Shown: positions 1-8,087 of the stretch, piece after piece
How positions within the stretch are numbered: position 1 is the stretch's first letter
How the letters are laid out: each line of letters starts with the position of its first letter
Source of the DNA: Spirochaetes bacterium GWB1_36_13
Lineage (GTDB): Bacteria > Spirochaetota > GWB1-36-13
Length of the DNA: 64,000 nucleotides
NCBI GenBank assembly: GCA_001829155.1
Contig: MIAO01000011.1
Span: forward strand, 2,723-66,722
Direction of reading: 5' to 3'
The notes under the pieces: model-generated
What the model saw: the letters and a program-made list of their open reading frames with translations, nothing else
Told to the model about the DNA's origin: nothing
Databases searched by the model: none
Translations under genes and position numbers: made by a program

Positions 1-1294
1 AAAGTTCAGAGTCCATCACCTTCAAGTGAAAAGGTATGGTGGTTTTAATTCCTTCAATATGAAACTCGGATAAAGCTCTTTTCATCCGCGTCAAAGCTTC
101 TTCCCGGGTAGTGCCCCATACAATCAGCTTTGCAAGAAGAGAGTCGTAAAAAGGCGGCAGATTGTACCCTTCATAAATATGAGTATCTACTCTGACTCCA
201 AATCCTCCGGGAATAACTAATCCCTTGATTTTTCCAGGGTTCGGCATGAAATCATGATCCGGGTCTTCTGCGTTGATTCTGCATTCAATAGAGTGCCCTG
301 AAATTTTTAAGTCTTCCTGTTTAAAAGGAAGTTTTTCTCCCATCGCTGCCAGAATTTGGTATTTCACAATATCAATACCGGAAATTGCTTCACTGATCGG
401 GTGTTCTACCTGAATTCTTGTATTCATCTCAATAAAATAAAACTCTCCGCTATCCTGGTCATAAAGGAATTCCATGGTTCCGGCGCCTACATAGCCGACT
501 TCCTTGACCCCTTTTACAGCCGCAGATCCGATTTTATTCCGCAGTTCCGGTGTAAGTATCGGAGAAGGAGCTTCTTCAATTAACTTTTGATGTCTTCTTT
601 GAACCGAACAGTCTCTTTCAAAAATATGGAGAATATTTCCGAAGGAATCGCCGAGAATTTGGATTTCAATGTGTTTTGGATTTCCAATATATTTTTCCAT
701 ATAAACCGCAGCGTTTCCAAAAGCTTTTTCAGCTTCGTTTTTTGCCTGAGCGAAATTGACAATCAGTTCTTTTTCATCCCGGCAGACCCTCATTCCGCGC
801 CCGCCCCCGCCGGCAGTTGCTTTGATCAAAACCGGATAACCAATTTTTTTGGCTTCTTCTCTTGCGTGAACATCATCATCCAGCAAGCCTGTTCCGGGAA
901 CAATAGGAACATTCGCTTTTTCCATGGTGTCTCTGGCAGTCGCCTTGTCGCCCATTTTGTTGATGATTTCTTTGCTCGGACCGATAAAAACAATGTTATG
1001 TGCTTTGCAGATTTCTGAAAAATTGGCATTTTCAGATAAAAAACCGTATCCAGGATGAATCGCATCCGCTCCGGTAACTTCTGCAGCGGCAATAATTTGC
1101 GGTATATTTAAATAAGATTCAGAGGCTTTCGGACCTCCGATACAGATTTTTTCATCAGCTACTTTAACCGGAAGGGAGTCTCTATCGGCAGTAGAATAAA
1201 CAATAACTGTTTTCAGCCCCAGTTCTTTACAGGCACGAATCACTCTGAGCGCGATTTCTCCCCTGTTGGCTATTAAAACTTTTTTGAAGCTCAC
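1..1294 (-). CDS. accC: Acetyl-CoA carboxylase biotin carboxylase subunit AccC, partial (the C-terminus lies beyond the window start). Probable GTG start overlapping the accB stop (ATGTGA).
   Basis: Reverse-strand translation gives (M/V)[25 protein letters not shown] at the N-terminus and the [13 protein letters not shown] glycine-rich loop (rc of 781-820). AGGAGG lies upstream of the GTG. The ORF runs off the window edge, so it is absent from the ORF track. Confidence 0.85.
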   Translation of the reverse strand, partial: MSFKKVLIANRGEIALRVIRACKELGLKTVIVYSTADRDSLPVKVADEKICIGGPKASESYLNIPQIIAAAEVTGADAIHPGYGFLSENANFSEICKAHNIVFIGPSKEIINKMGDKATARDTMEKANVPIVPGTGLLDDDVHAREEAKKIGYPVLIKATAGGGGRGMRVCRDEKELIVNFAQAKNEAEKAFGNAAVYMEKYIGNPKHIEIQILGDSFGNILHIFERDCSVQRRHQKLIEEAPSPILTPELRNKIGSAAVKGVKEVGYVGAGTMEFLYDQDSGEFYFIEMNTRIQVEHPISEAISGIDIVKYQILAAMGEKLPFKQEDLKISGHSIECRINAEDPDHDFMPNPGKIKGLVIPGGFGVRVDTHIYEGYNLPPFYDSLLAKLIVWGTTREEALTRMKRALSEFHIEGIKTTIPFHLKVMDSEL

Positions 1295-1722
1295 ATTTCC
1301 TCCTTGATTTTTAAAAGCACTTGTTCATATTCAACAATGCCGTCGTTTTCTATATTCATTTCTACTATCGATCCATTGATCGGAGATACGATTTCATGGG
1401 CAATTCCCATGGATTCCACAAATCCCAGAATTTGATTTTTCTTCACAGGCATATCCAATACCAAAGGATGCTTGCCGTATTTAAATTTTCCGACATAAGA
1501 AGACATCACTTTAAAGAGTCCGTCATCTGTCTTATCAATTACCGCCCCTTCTGTTACAGCTGAATGGTGGGTATAGGATTGAATGGTCTGAGAGATCTCC
1601 TGTCCTTCCAGTTCGTTCTTTTTTTCAAATTCAAGGTATTTTCTCCATCCTAAGTCAATCCGAATGTATTTTGCCTTGCTTTTCTTAAAAGCATCCAGTA
1701 TGGGTTTGATAATTTCCTTCAT
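1291..1722 (-). CDS. accB: Biotin carboxyl carrier protein-like (AccB-like) biotinyl-domain protein. The canonical EAMKM lysine is replaced by Gly (ESMGI).
   Basis: 143 aa. The C-terminal half aligns to the E. coli BCCP biotinyl domain ([26 protein letters not shown] versus VGQKV..CIVEAMKMMNQI..VEFDEPLVVI). The gene sits in an efp-accB-accC arrangement. Confidence 0.7.
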   Translation of the reverse strand: MKEIIKPILDAFKKSKAKYIRIDLGWRKYLEFEKKNELEGQEISQTIQSYTHHSAVTEGAVIDKTDDGLFKVMSSYVGKFKYGKHPLVLDMPVKKNQILGFVESMGIAHEIVSPINGSIVEMNIENDGIVEYEQVLLKIKEEM

Positions 1723-1725
1723 AGG

Positions 1726-2283
1726 TTACGCCCTTTCCACATATTGAGCATTTTTTGTGCTGATTTTAACTTTATCGCCCGTATTGACAAAAAGAGGAGC
1801 CTGAATCTCAAGTCCTGTTTCCAGTTCAATGGTTTTCATAACAGTTCCGACCGTATCTCCCCTGACTCCCTGAGGCGCTGAGGTGACTTCCAGAACAACA
1901 TGGGAAGGAAGTTCAATGTCAATAATCTGTTCTTCATAAAAACGGACGATGACTTCAAATCCTTCTTTTAAGTACCAGAAACGGTCTCCGAGGACTTTTT
2001 TGCTGATCGGAGTCTGCTCATAATTCTCCGTATCCATAAAAATACAGTTTTCGCCTTCACTGTAAAGATACTGCATCACTCTTTTATCAATAAAAACATC
2101 TTCGACTTTTTCACCTGCCGGAAGTCTTTTTTCAAGAATATTGTCTGTATCAAGGTTTCTTAAAGTGGCTCTGACGAAAGCTCCGCCCTTTCCGGGTTTG
2201 TAGTGCTCATGATCCACGACTTCAAAGAGAACCCCGTCCAGTTTTAAAACGATCCCTTTTTTCAAATTATTTGTATTAACCAT
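1726..2283 (-). CDS. efp: Translation elongation factor P
   Basis: 185 aa with the KPGKGGA loop (the conserved modified-Lys loop) and the typical EF-P length. It lies upstream of accB/accC on the same strand. Confidence 0.9.
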   Translation of the reverse strand: MVNTNNLKKGIVLKLDGVLFEVVDHEHYKPGKGGAFVRATLRNLDTDNILEKRLPAGEKVEDVFIDKRVMQYLYSEGENCIFMDTENYEQTPISKKVLGDRFWYLKEGFEVIVRFYEEQIIDIELPSHVVLEVTSAPQGVRGDTVGTVMKTIELETGLEIQAPLFVNTGDKVKISTKNAQYVERA

Positions 2284-2452
2284 TCTACCCTCTTTCTATT
2301 AAAATAACCTGTGTTTGTTTTAATTAAATTTTTTTTATGAGGAATCCTTTCAGATTCTTCACAATAAATTTAATTATAATCATTAAAAGTATATTAAATT
2401 TAGAATTTAAATTTAAAAAATATAAAGAATATTTCGAAAAAAGAGAAAGAAA

Positions 2453-4825
2453 ATGCTGAAATCTATTCCCAAAAGAAATTTTGAAAATATTCAAAAGCTT
2501 GAAAACTGTGTTCTTGAAAGTCTTTTAGTAGGGATTTATCTTTTTGAAGAAGACCTGATTTATGTTAATTCAAAATTTTCAGATTTTTTCGGATTTCAAA
2601 GAGAAGAAATCGATCAGACTCCTGAAATGATGAAAAAACTGATCCCTGAAAACTATACTCTGGTTTACCAGCAGTTCCAAAAAATCAGACAAGGGATTCT
2701 TCCTTCCTTTTTTTTTAAGTTTGAAGGAATGACAAAAAAGGGAGAAAAAGTTTTTGGCGAATCCCATGCTTCTTTGTATCAAAGCGAAGGCAGAAATTGG
2801 GTTATCGGTTATATCCGGAGTATCAGTCATGAAAAAAAATTGAATCAGGAGATAGAAAAACTCTTTTCTTTTCCTGAGGAAAATATCAATCCGGTCATTG
2901 AAATCGATATTCACGGCAAAATAACCTACGCCAATAAATCAGCTTTAAAAACCTTTCCTGATCTGAATCAGAAAGAAGGAAACCATCCTGTTTTATCTGA
3001 AGTTGTCCGCATTATTCATTCACGAGAAAAAGAAAAAATCAGCGATTTTCTGGAAGTTTCCTTTCAGGGAAAACATTATGAGGAAAGAGTTTTTTTTCTT
3101 GAAAATTTCGGGATGTTTAAAATATATTTAATCGATATTACAGAAAGGAAAAAAGCGGAAGAAAGGCTTTTTCTGGAAGACCAGATGTTTCAGAATACCA
3201 CAGAAGGGATATTAATTACTGATTCAAAAGGGATCATTATCTCAGTCAACCCCGCTTTTACGACGATCACAGGCTATAAAATGGAAGAAGTACTGGGGGA
3301 GAGTCCGAGGATTTTAAAATCTGACCGCCATAATGATGATTTTTATCAACAAATGTGGGATGCTATTTTAAATGACGGAAAATGGCAGGGCGAAATCTGG
3401 AACCGGAAAAAAGACGGCACTGCTTATCTGGAATGGCTGACCATCAACTTGATCAAAGATAAAAATGATGAAATTATCTATTATATCTCTATTTTCAATG
3501 ATATCAGTAATATTAAAAAATTTGAAAAAAACATTGATTTTCTTGCAAATTATGACCCTCTCACAGGACTTGGAAACCGGGTTCTTTTTCAGGACAAGCT
3601 TTATATTGCAATTTCCCAGTCGGAAGACCTGCCTAAAAACATTGCCATTCTTCTTTTCAATCTGGACCGTTTTAAAAAAATCAACGACACTCTGGGAAAT
3701 ATCATCGGCGATTTGGTATTGATAGAGACTGCGGCAAGATTAAAAAAAGTTTTCAAAGACAATCAGACCCTTTCAAGGGTTGGCGGAGATGATTTTGCAG
3801 TTGTCCTCGATGATTTTTCCAATCTTCAGGATACAGTGCGTATCTCAGAACAGGTGCTTCAGGCAGTTTCAGAGCCTTATCAGATTCATCACCATGAATT
3901 ATTTATTTCGATGAGTATTGGAATCAGTCTTTATCCTTTTGACGGGGAAAATTTAAACCAGCTCCAAAGAAATTCAGAACTGGCCATGAACAGGGCAAAA
4001 CAAAACGGCGGCGCCCAGTACCAGTTTTTTGAACCTCATATGAATGTTCAGGCGATTGAAAATCTTCTTCTGGAAAATAAATTAAGAAAAGCTTTAGTAC
4101 AAAATGAATTTCTTGTTTATTACCAGCCTCAGATTGATGTGAAAACTGAAAAATTAATCGGGGCTGAGGCGCTGATCCGCTGGAAAGAACCTGATCTTGG
4201 CATTGTCCCTCCCGATAAATTTATTCCTTTAGCGGAAGAGATCGGACTGATTATACCGATCGGAATGTGGGTTTTTAATACAGTCGCTGAACATCTGGAA
4301 GAATGGATCTCGCAAGGAATGGAAAACTTCAATATTGCAGTCAATCTTTCGGGTATTCAGTTCCGGCAGGAGGATCTTGTCTTGATTATTGCTCAGGTTC
4401 TGAAAGAAAAAAAACTGGATCCTAAGTATCTGGTGCTTGAAATTACTGAAACCATTACCATGAATAATCTGGGAAATGTGATTATGAAACTTCGGCAGAT
4501 TAAAGCCTTGGGGATCAAAATAGCGATGGACGATTTTGGAACAGGGTATTCCTCATTGAGCTATCTGAAAGATTTTCCGATTGATAAATTGAAAATAGAC
4601 AAGTCTTTTATGAAAGATATTCCCAAAAACAAACAAGATATCGCGATTATTGAGACTATCATTACTTTAGGGCACAGTTTGGGTCTTGAAGTTGTGGCTG
4701 AAGGCGTCGAGACACAAGAACAGCTCGATCTTCTCAGAGAGAAAGGCTGTGATATTATTCAGGGATATTTTTATGGAAAACCGATGCCAAAAGAACAGTT
4801 TGAAAAAGAATTTCTAAAATTTTAA
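2453..4825 (+). CDS. PAS-PAS-GGDEF-EAL signalling protein. The GGDEF motif is degenerate (GGDDF). The EAL domain has intact catalytic motifs and is a likely c-di-GMP phosphodiesterase.
   Basis: Motifs RVGGDDFAVVL (GGDEF variant), EALIRW, DDFGTGYSSLSYL, KIDKSF and EGVE..QGYFYGKP. PAS-like segments occupy the N-terminal half. Confidence 0.85.
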   Translation: MLKSIPKRNFENIQKLENCVLESLLVGIYLFEEDLIYVNSKFSDFFGFQREEIDQTPEMMKKLIPENYTLVYQQFQKIRQGILPSFFFKFEGMTKKGEKVFGESHASLYQSEGRNWVIGYIRSISHEKKLNQEIEKLFSFPEENINPVIEIDIHGKITYANKSALKTFPDLNQKEGNHPVLSEVVRIIHSREKEKISDFLEVSFQGKHYEERVFFLENFGMFKIYLIDITERKKAEERLFLEDQMFQNTTEGILITDSKGIIISVNPAFTTITGYKMEEVLGESPRILKSDRHNDDFYQQMWDAILNDGKWQGEIWNRKKDGTAYLEWLTINLIKDKNDEIIYYISIFNDISNIKKFEKNIDFLANYDPLTGLGNRVLFQDKLYIAISQSEDLPKNIAILLFNLDRFKKINDTLGNIIGDLVLIETAARLKKVFKDNQTLSRVGGDDFAVVLDDFSNLQDTVRISEQVLQAVSEPYQIHHHELFISMSIGISLYPFDGENLNQLQRNSELAMNRAKQNGGAQYQFFEPHMNVQAIENLLLENKLRKALVQNEFLVYYQPQIDVKTEKLIGAEALIRWKEPDLGIVPPDKFIPLAEEIGLIIPIGMWVFNTVAEHLEEWISQGMENFNIAVNLSGIQFRQEDLVLIIAQVLKEKKLDPKYLVLEITETITMNNLGNVIMKLRQIKALGIKIAMDDFGTGYSSLSYLKDFPIDKLKIDKSFMKDIPKNKQDIAIIETIITLGHSLGLEVVAEGVETQEQLDLLREKGCDIIQGYFYGKPMPKEQFEKEFLKF

Positions 4826-4841
4826 TAACCCGGGGGTATAT

Positions 4842-5264
4842 ATGAATGATGTCAGTATGATGAATCTGGATGAGCTGGAAAAAGCTTTAGTGTATTTCAC
4901 CATTTTAAAGAAAAGAAAAGAAAAGGAATTAAAGGAAATTGATCCTGAAATCAGCGAATGGATTGAAAAAAAAGAGCTTGCCCAGACAGAAAGTCAAAGG
5001 ATGACAGCTTTAAAAGACATCGATGAACTGAATGGGAAAAAAAATGTTTTAGAACAGGAAATAAAAGGATTTCATGCTGAAATAGATGCCTTGGGAGAAG
5101 CTTTGTACCAATTTTCAGAACGCCTTCTTTTAAACGGCTCCAATCTTCTGGAAAGAATTGAAATCATGCTGAATATCCGTTTTAAGGACATGCAGGTGGA
5201 GAAAAAATTTCAGGAAATTGAGCTTCAGGAAGATTTAAATAAATTAAAAAACAAGAAACCGTAA
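4842..5264 (+). CDS. Hypothetical coiled-coil protein. Its stop overlaps the fliR start (TAATG).
   Basis: 140-aa charged, heptad-rich sequence. It is translationally coupled to the downstream gene. Confidence 0.4.
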   Translation: MNDVSMMNLDELEKALVYFTILKKRKEKELKEIDPEISEWIEKKELAQTESQRMTALKDIDELNGKKNVLEQEIKGFHAEIDALGEALYQFSERLLLNGSNLLERIEIMLNIRFKDMQVEKKFQEIELQEDLNKLKNKKP

Positions 5265-6043
5265 TGCTGCCTTTTATCATCGGAATTCAAGTTTTCGCCA
5301 TTGTTTTTGCGAGAATTATGGGGCTTATGTCATCAACCACGCTCTGGGGGAGCAATCTGATTCTGGTTCGTTTCAGAATGCTTTTGTCTTTTTTAATCAC
5401 CCTTCTCCTTTTCCCGATGGTCAGAGAAAAATATGCCGCGCTTTTTCCTGTGGAATGGGAAATGTTTTGGTTCATGATTTTAGTAAACCTGATGATCGGG
5501 CTTTTATTTGGTTTTATGATTTCTATGTTTTTTTCTATTTTTCAGGTGGCCGGGCAGTTTTTATCGTTTCAGATCGGTTTTTCCATGAGCCAGGTTTTAG
5601 ACCCTATTTCGCAGGAGGAAATACCTGTTCTGGGACAAACTCTGGCTCTTTTGGCTCTGGTCGTTTTCATCGCCTTAAACGGACACTTGATTTCAGTGGA
5701 AATTCTTTATAAAAGTTTTTTCAAGGTTCCTCTAGGAGACTTTTTTCAAAAAGAATACGGGCTGGTTATGGACAAAGCGGTAGAAGCTTTCAGTTTTATG
5801 TTCAGCGCCTCGCTTCGGTTTTCCATTGTGATTATAGGCAGTATTCTGATTGCCACCCTTTTTGTCGGTCTTCTGGCAAAGGCATCTCCTCAGATCAATG
5901 CGATGATTTTCGGATTTCCTCTTTATATCGCCATCGGGTTTCTTCTTTTAAGCTTTCTGGCGGTGAACATGGTCAATTTTTCCAGTAACTATATTCAGGG
6001 ATTTTTTTCAAAACTTTTTCAGATGGTCACCCATTTAAAGTAA
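5264..6043 (+). CDS. fliR: Flagellar biosynthesis (type III export apparatus) protein FliR
   Basis: 259 aa and polytopic. Strong matches to the FliR core: SFQIGFSMSQVLDP (cf. GLQMGLSFATFVDP), LNGHLISVEIL (cf. FNGHLWLISLL) and SPQINAMIFGFPLYIAIG (cf. APQLSIFVIGFPLTLTVG). Confidence 0.8.
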   Translation: MLPFIIGIQVFAIVFARIMGLMSSTTLWGSNLILVRFRMLLSFLITLLLFPMVREKYAALFPVEWEMFWFMILVNLMIGLLFGFMISMFFSIFQVAGQFLSFQIGFSMSQVLDPISQEEIPVLGQTLALLALVVFIALNGHLISVEILYKSFFKVPLGDFFQKEYGLVMDKAVEAFSFMFSASLRFSIVIIGSILIATLFVGLLAKASPQINAMIFGFPLYIAIGFLLLSFLAVNMVNFSSNYIQGFFSKLFQMVTHLK

Positions 6044-6237
6044 AAGATCAATATCTGTTTTATGTTTCAGATTAATGAGTATTGAACGATCCTTTTTACT
6101 TGGTTTATCTTTTCAATTACTTCGCCTTAAGGATAATTTTCAGAATGAAATAAGCCTGTTAAATATTTTAAAAAGGTTTTAAAAACTGCCTGGAAAGCAT
6201 TAAATTTAATGTCATTAATGACAAAAAGGAGTAAGAG

Positions 6238-7281
6238 ATGCCGAGAACAGCAGTTGTGGTTGGTACGGGCAGCTATGCGCCAAACAACATTGTAACGAAT
6301 GAAGACATTATCAAAAAATTTGAGAATGCTCGAATCCCAATGGGAAAAGATAAGACTGTCAGCGGACGGGAATATATTGAGGGCATGGCGTCAAAAGTCG
6401 GATACAAAACCCGCAGAAAAATCGGGAAATCGGATGAAACAACCGCTACCATGTGCGTAGAAGCGGGAAAAAGAGCTTTAACTGATGCAGGATTAAAGCC
6501 AGAAGACATTGATCTGATTATCCTTGCAACTGATTCTCCTGACTTTATTTCTCCTCCGACCAGTTCCAGAATTCAGTTTGAACTGGGCGCAAAAAATGCA
6601 GCTTTCTTTGATATTAATGCAGCTTGTGCTGGATATACAATTGCTCTTTCAAATGCCTGGCAGCAGATCAAAGGAGATCCGACTCTGAAATATGTAATGG
6701 TTTTAGGCGGATATGGAATGAGTAAATACTCTGATCCTGACGATATTCTGACTGAGTTTATGTTTGCGGATGGAGCAGGCGCTCTGATTCTGAAATCTGT
6801 AGAAGATTCCCAATACGGAATTCAGGCTTCCAGCATGCAGGGGAACGGAATGTACTGGGACTATATGGGAATTTACGGCGGCGGAACCTGGAAAGGATTT
6901 TCTGAAGAAGTTACTTCCAAAAGACTTCAGTATGTCAAATTCTTAAAAGGATTCCCAGCTACAGTCAATATTGAAGCATGGCCTGCCCTGATCAAGAAAA
7001 GTCTTGAAAAAGCAAAATGGACCACAAAAGATGTTGACCTTGCGTTTTTTACTCAGGTAAACCTTGCGGTAATCAATGAAGTCTGTAGTATTTTAGGATG
7101 GGATCCAAAAATCTCTCATAATATTATGGATGTTTACGGATACACAGGATCTGCCTGTATTCCAATGGCAATTGACGATGCCAATAAAAAAGGCCTCTTA
7201 AAAGCCGGACAAAAAATTTCTATCTGTACTTCAGGCGGCGGAGCTGCTTTTGCAACCATGGCATTGACCTGGGGCAAATAA
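6238..7281 (+). CDS. 3-oxoacyl-ACP synthase III (FabH/KAS III)-like thiolase-fold condensing enzyme
   Basis: 347 aa. Active-site Cys context DINAACAGYTIAL and a later His/Asn region (ISHNIMDVYGYTGSACIP). Overall FabH-like architecture. Confidence 0.7.
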   Translation: MPRTAVVVGTGSYAPNNIVTNEDIIKKFENARIPMGKDKTVSGREYIEGMASKVGYKTRRKIGKSDETTATMCVEAGKRALTDAGLKPEDIDLIILATDSPDFISPPTSSRIQFELGAKNAAFFDINAACAGYTIALSNAWQQIKGDPTLKYVMVLGGYGMSKYSDPDDILTEFMFADGAGALILKSVEDSQYGIQASSMQGNGMYWDYMGIYGGGTWKGFSEEVTSKRLQYVKFLKGFPATVNIEAWPALIKKSLEKAKWTTKDVDLAFFTQVNLAVINEVCSILGWDPKISHNIMDVYGYTGSACIPMAIDDANKKGLLKAGQKISICTSGGGAAFATMALTWGK

Positions 7282-7320
7282 ATCTTTTTTTACGGGGCTG
7301 TTCAAACAGCCCCTATAATC
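7282..7320. terminator. Hairpin between convergent fabH-like (+) and dedA (-) genes (GGGGCTGT-tcaa-ACAGCCCC)
   Basis: 8-bp GC-rich stem seen directly. The flanking U-tract is weak on both strands. Confidence 0.4.
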
Positions 7321-7904
7321 TTATATATAATAAACACAATCACAAAACCCATAAATAAATAAAAAGTCCTTTTAAAATACTTTTCAATTGTATTTTTGAT
7401 TCTCTCTCCATAATAATAAAAAAGAATACTGAAAAGATAGTAGCGGAATGTCCTGCTGATGAGAAGGACAAGAATGAAAAGCGGCAAAGAAAACTGAAAG
7501 ATCCCGGCTGAATAGGTATAAAGAAGAAAAGGCAGGGGAGTAAACACACTGGTCGCAATGGCCCATATCCCATATTTATTATAATAGAATAAGAGTGTTT
7601 TCCAATTTGATTCATCAAGGAAGTGAAAAGAGATCAGAAGATCCTTGACTTTATCAGAGAAAAAATATCCCAGAAGGTATCCCGCAATCCCTCCCAGAAC
7701 AGAAGAAAAAATAGTAACAGGAGTGAAAACAAGAATCCCTTTTTTAGGATTACCGAGGCAGAGGGGGAAAAAAAGCATATCGGTGGGAACGGCAAAGAAA
7801 AAAAATCCTCTGAGAAAAGTATTCAAAAAAAGAATAATAGCTGATAATTTTTTCTCACTGAATAAAAGTATTTTATGATAAATACGATACGATGTTTTTA
7901 ACAA
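7302..7904 (-). CDS. DedA/SNARE-associated family inner-membrane protein
   Basis: 200 aa and multi-TM, with the glycine-rich DedA-like segment VLGGIAGYLLGYFFSDKV. Confidence 0.55.
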   Translation of the reverse strand: MLKTSYRIYHKILLFSEKKLSAIILFLNTFLRGFFFFAVPTDMLFFPLCLGNPKKGILVFTPVTIFSSVLGGIAGYLLGYFFSDKVKDLLISFHFLDESNWKTLLFYYNKYGIWAIATSVFTPLPFLLYTYSAGIFQFSLPLFILVLLISRTFRYYLFSILFYYYGERIKNTIEKYFKRTFYLFMGFVIVFIIYKIIGAV

Positions 7905-7931
7905 TTTGTTTTCCTGTATTCAATCTAAAAT

Positions 7932-7997
7932 TTAAAACTAAAGTATAATGCTTTTTTCACAGTTTTCAAACCGGATTAAAAAAAGATAAAAAAATTA
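7932..7997 (+). promoter_or_regulatory. Two copies (one with an extra A, one with A-to-T) of the conserved 12-mer TTAAACTAAAGT upstream of the esterase gene. The same motif precedes the three tandem lipase genes.
   Basis: tttaaaactaaagtataat at 7931-7949 and ttaaactatagt at 7986-7997. The latter is 91 nt upstream of the ATG at 8088. Confidence 0.5.
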
Positions 7998-8087
7998 AAC
8001 TATAGTACTATGGATATATCAATCAAAAACCCGTATTATTAATTATAGGTATGATAAAAAATTAAAAATTTTAAAGGGGATAGCAAA

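Noticed and set aside
356-1092. Plus-strand ORFs 356..583, 587..1018 and minus-strand ORFs 580..762, 826..1092
   Set aside because: They fall within, and in the wrong frame or strand relative to, the accC coding region that runs off the window edge.
7340-7878. ORFs 7340..7618, 7384..7566, 7623..7844 and 7645..7878 overlapping dedA
   Set aside because: They are alternative-frame or antisense ORFs inside the DedA gene and are not supported.
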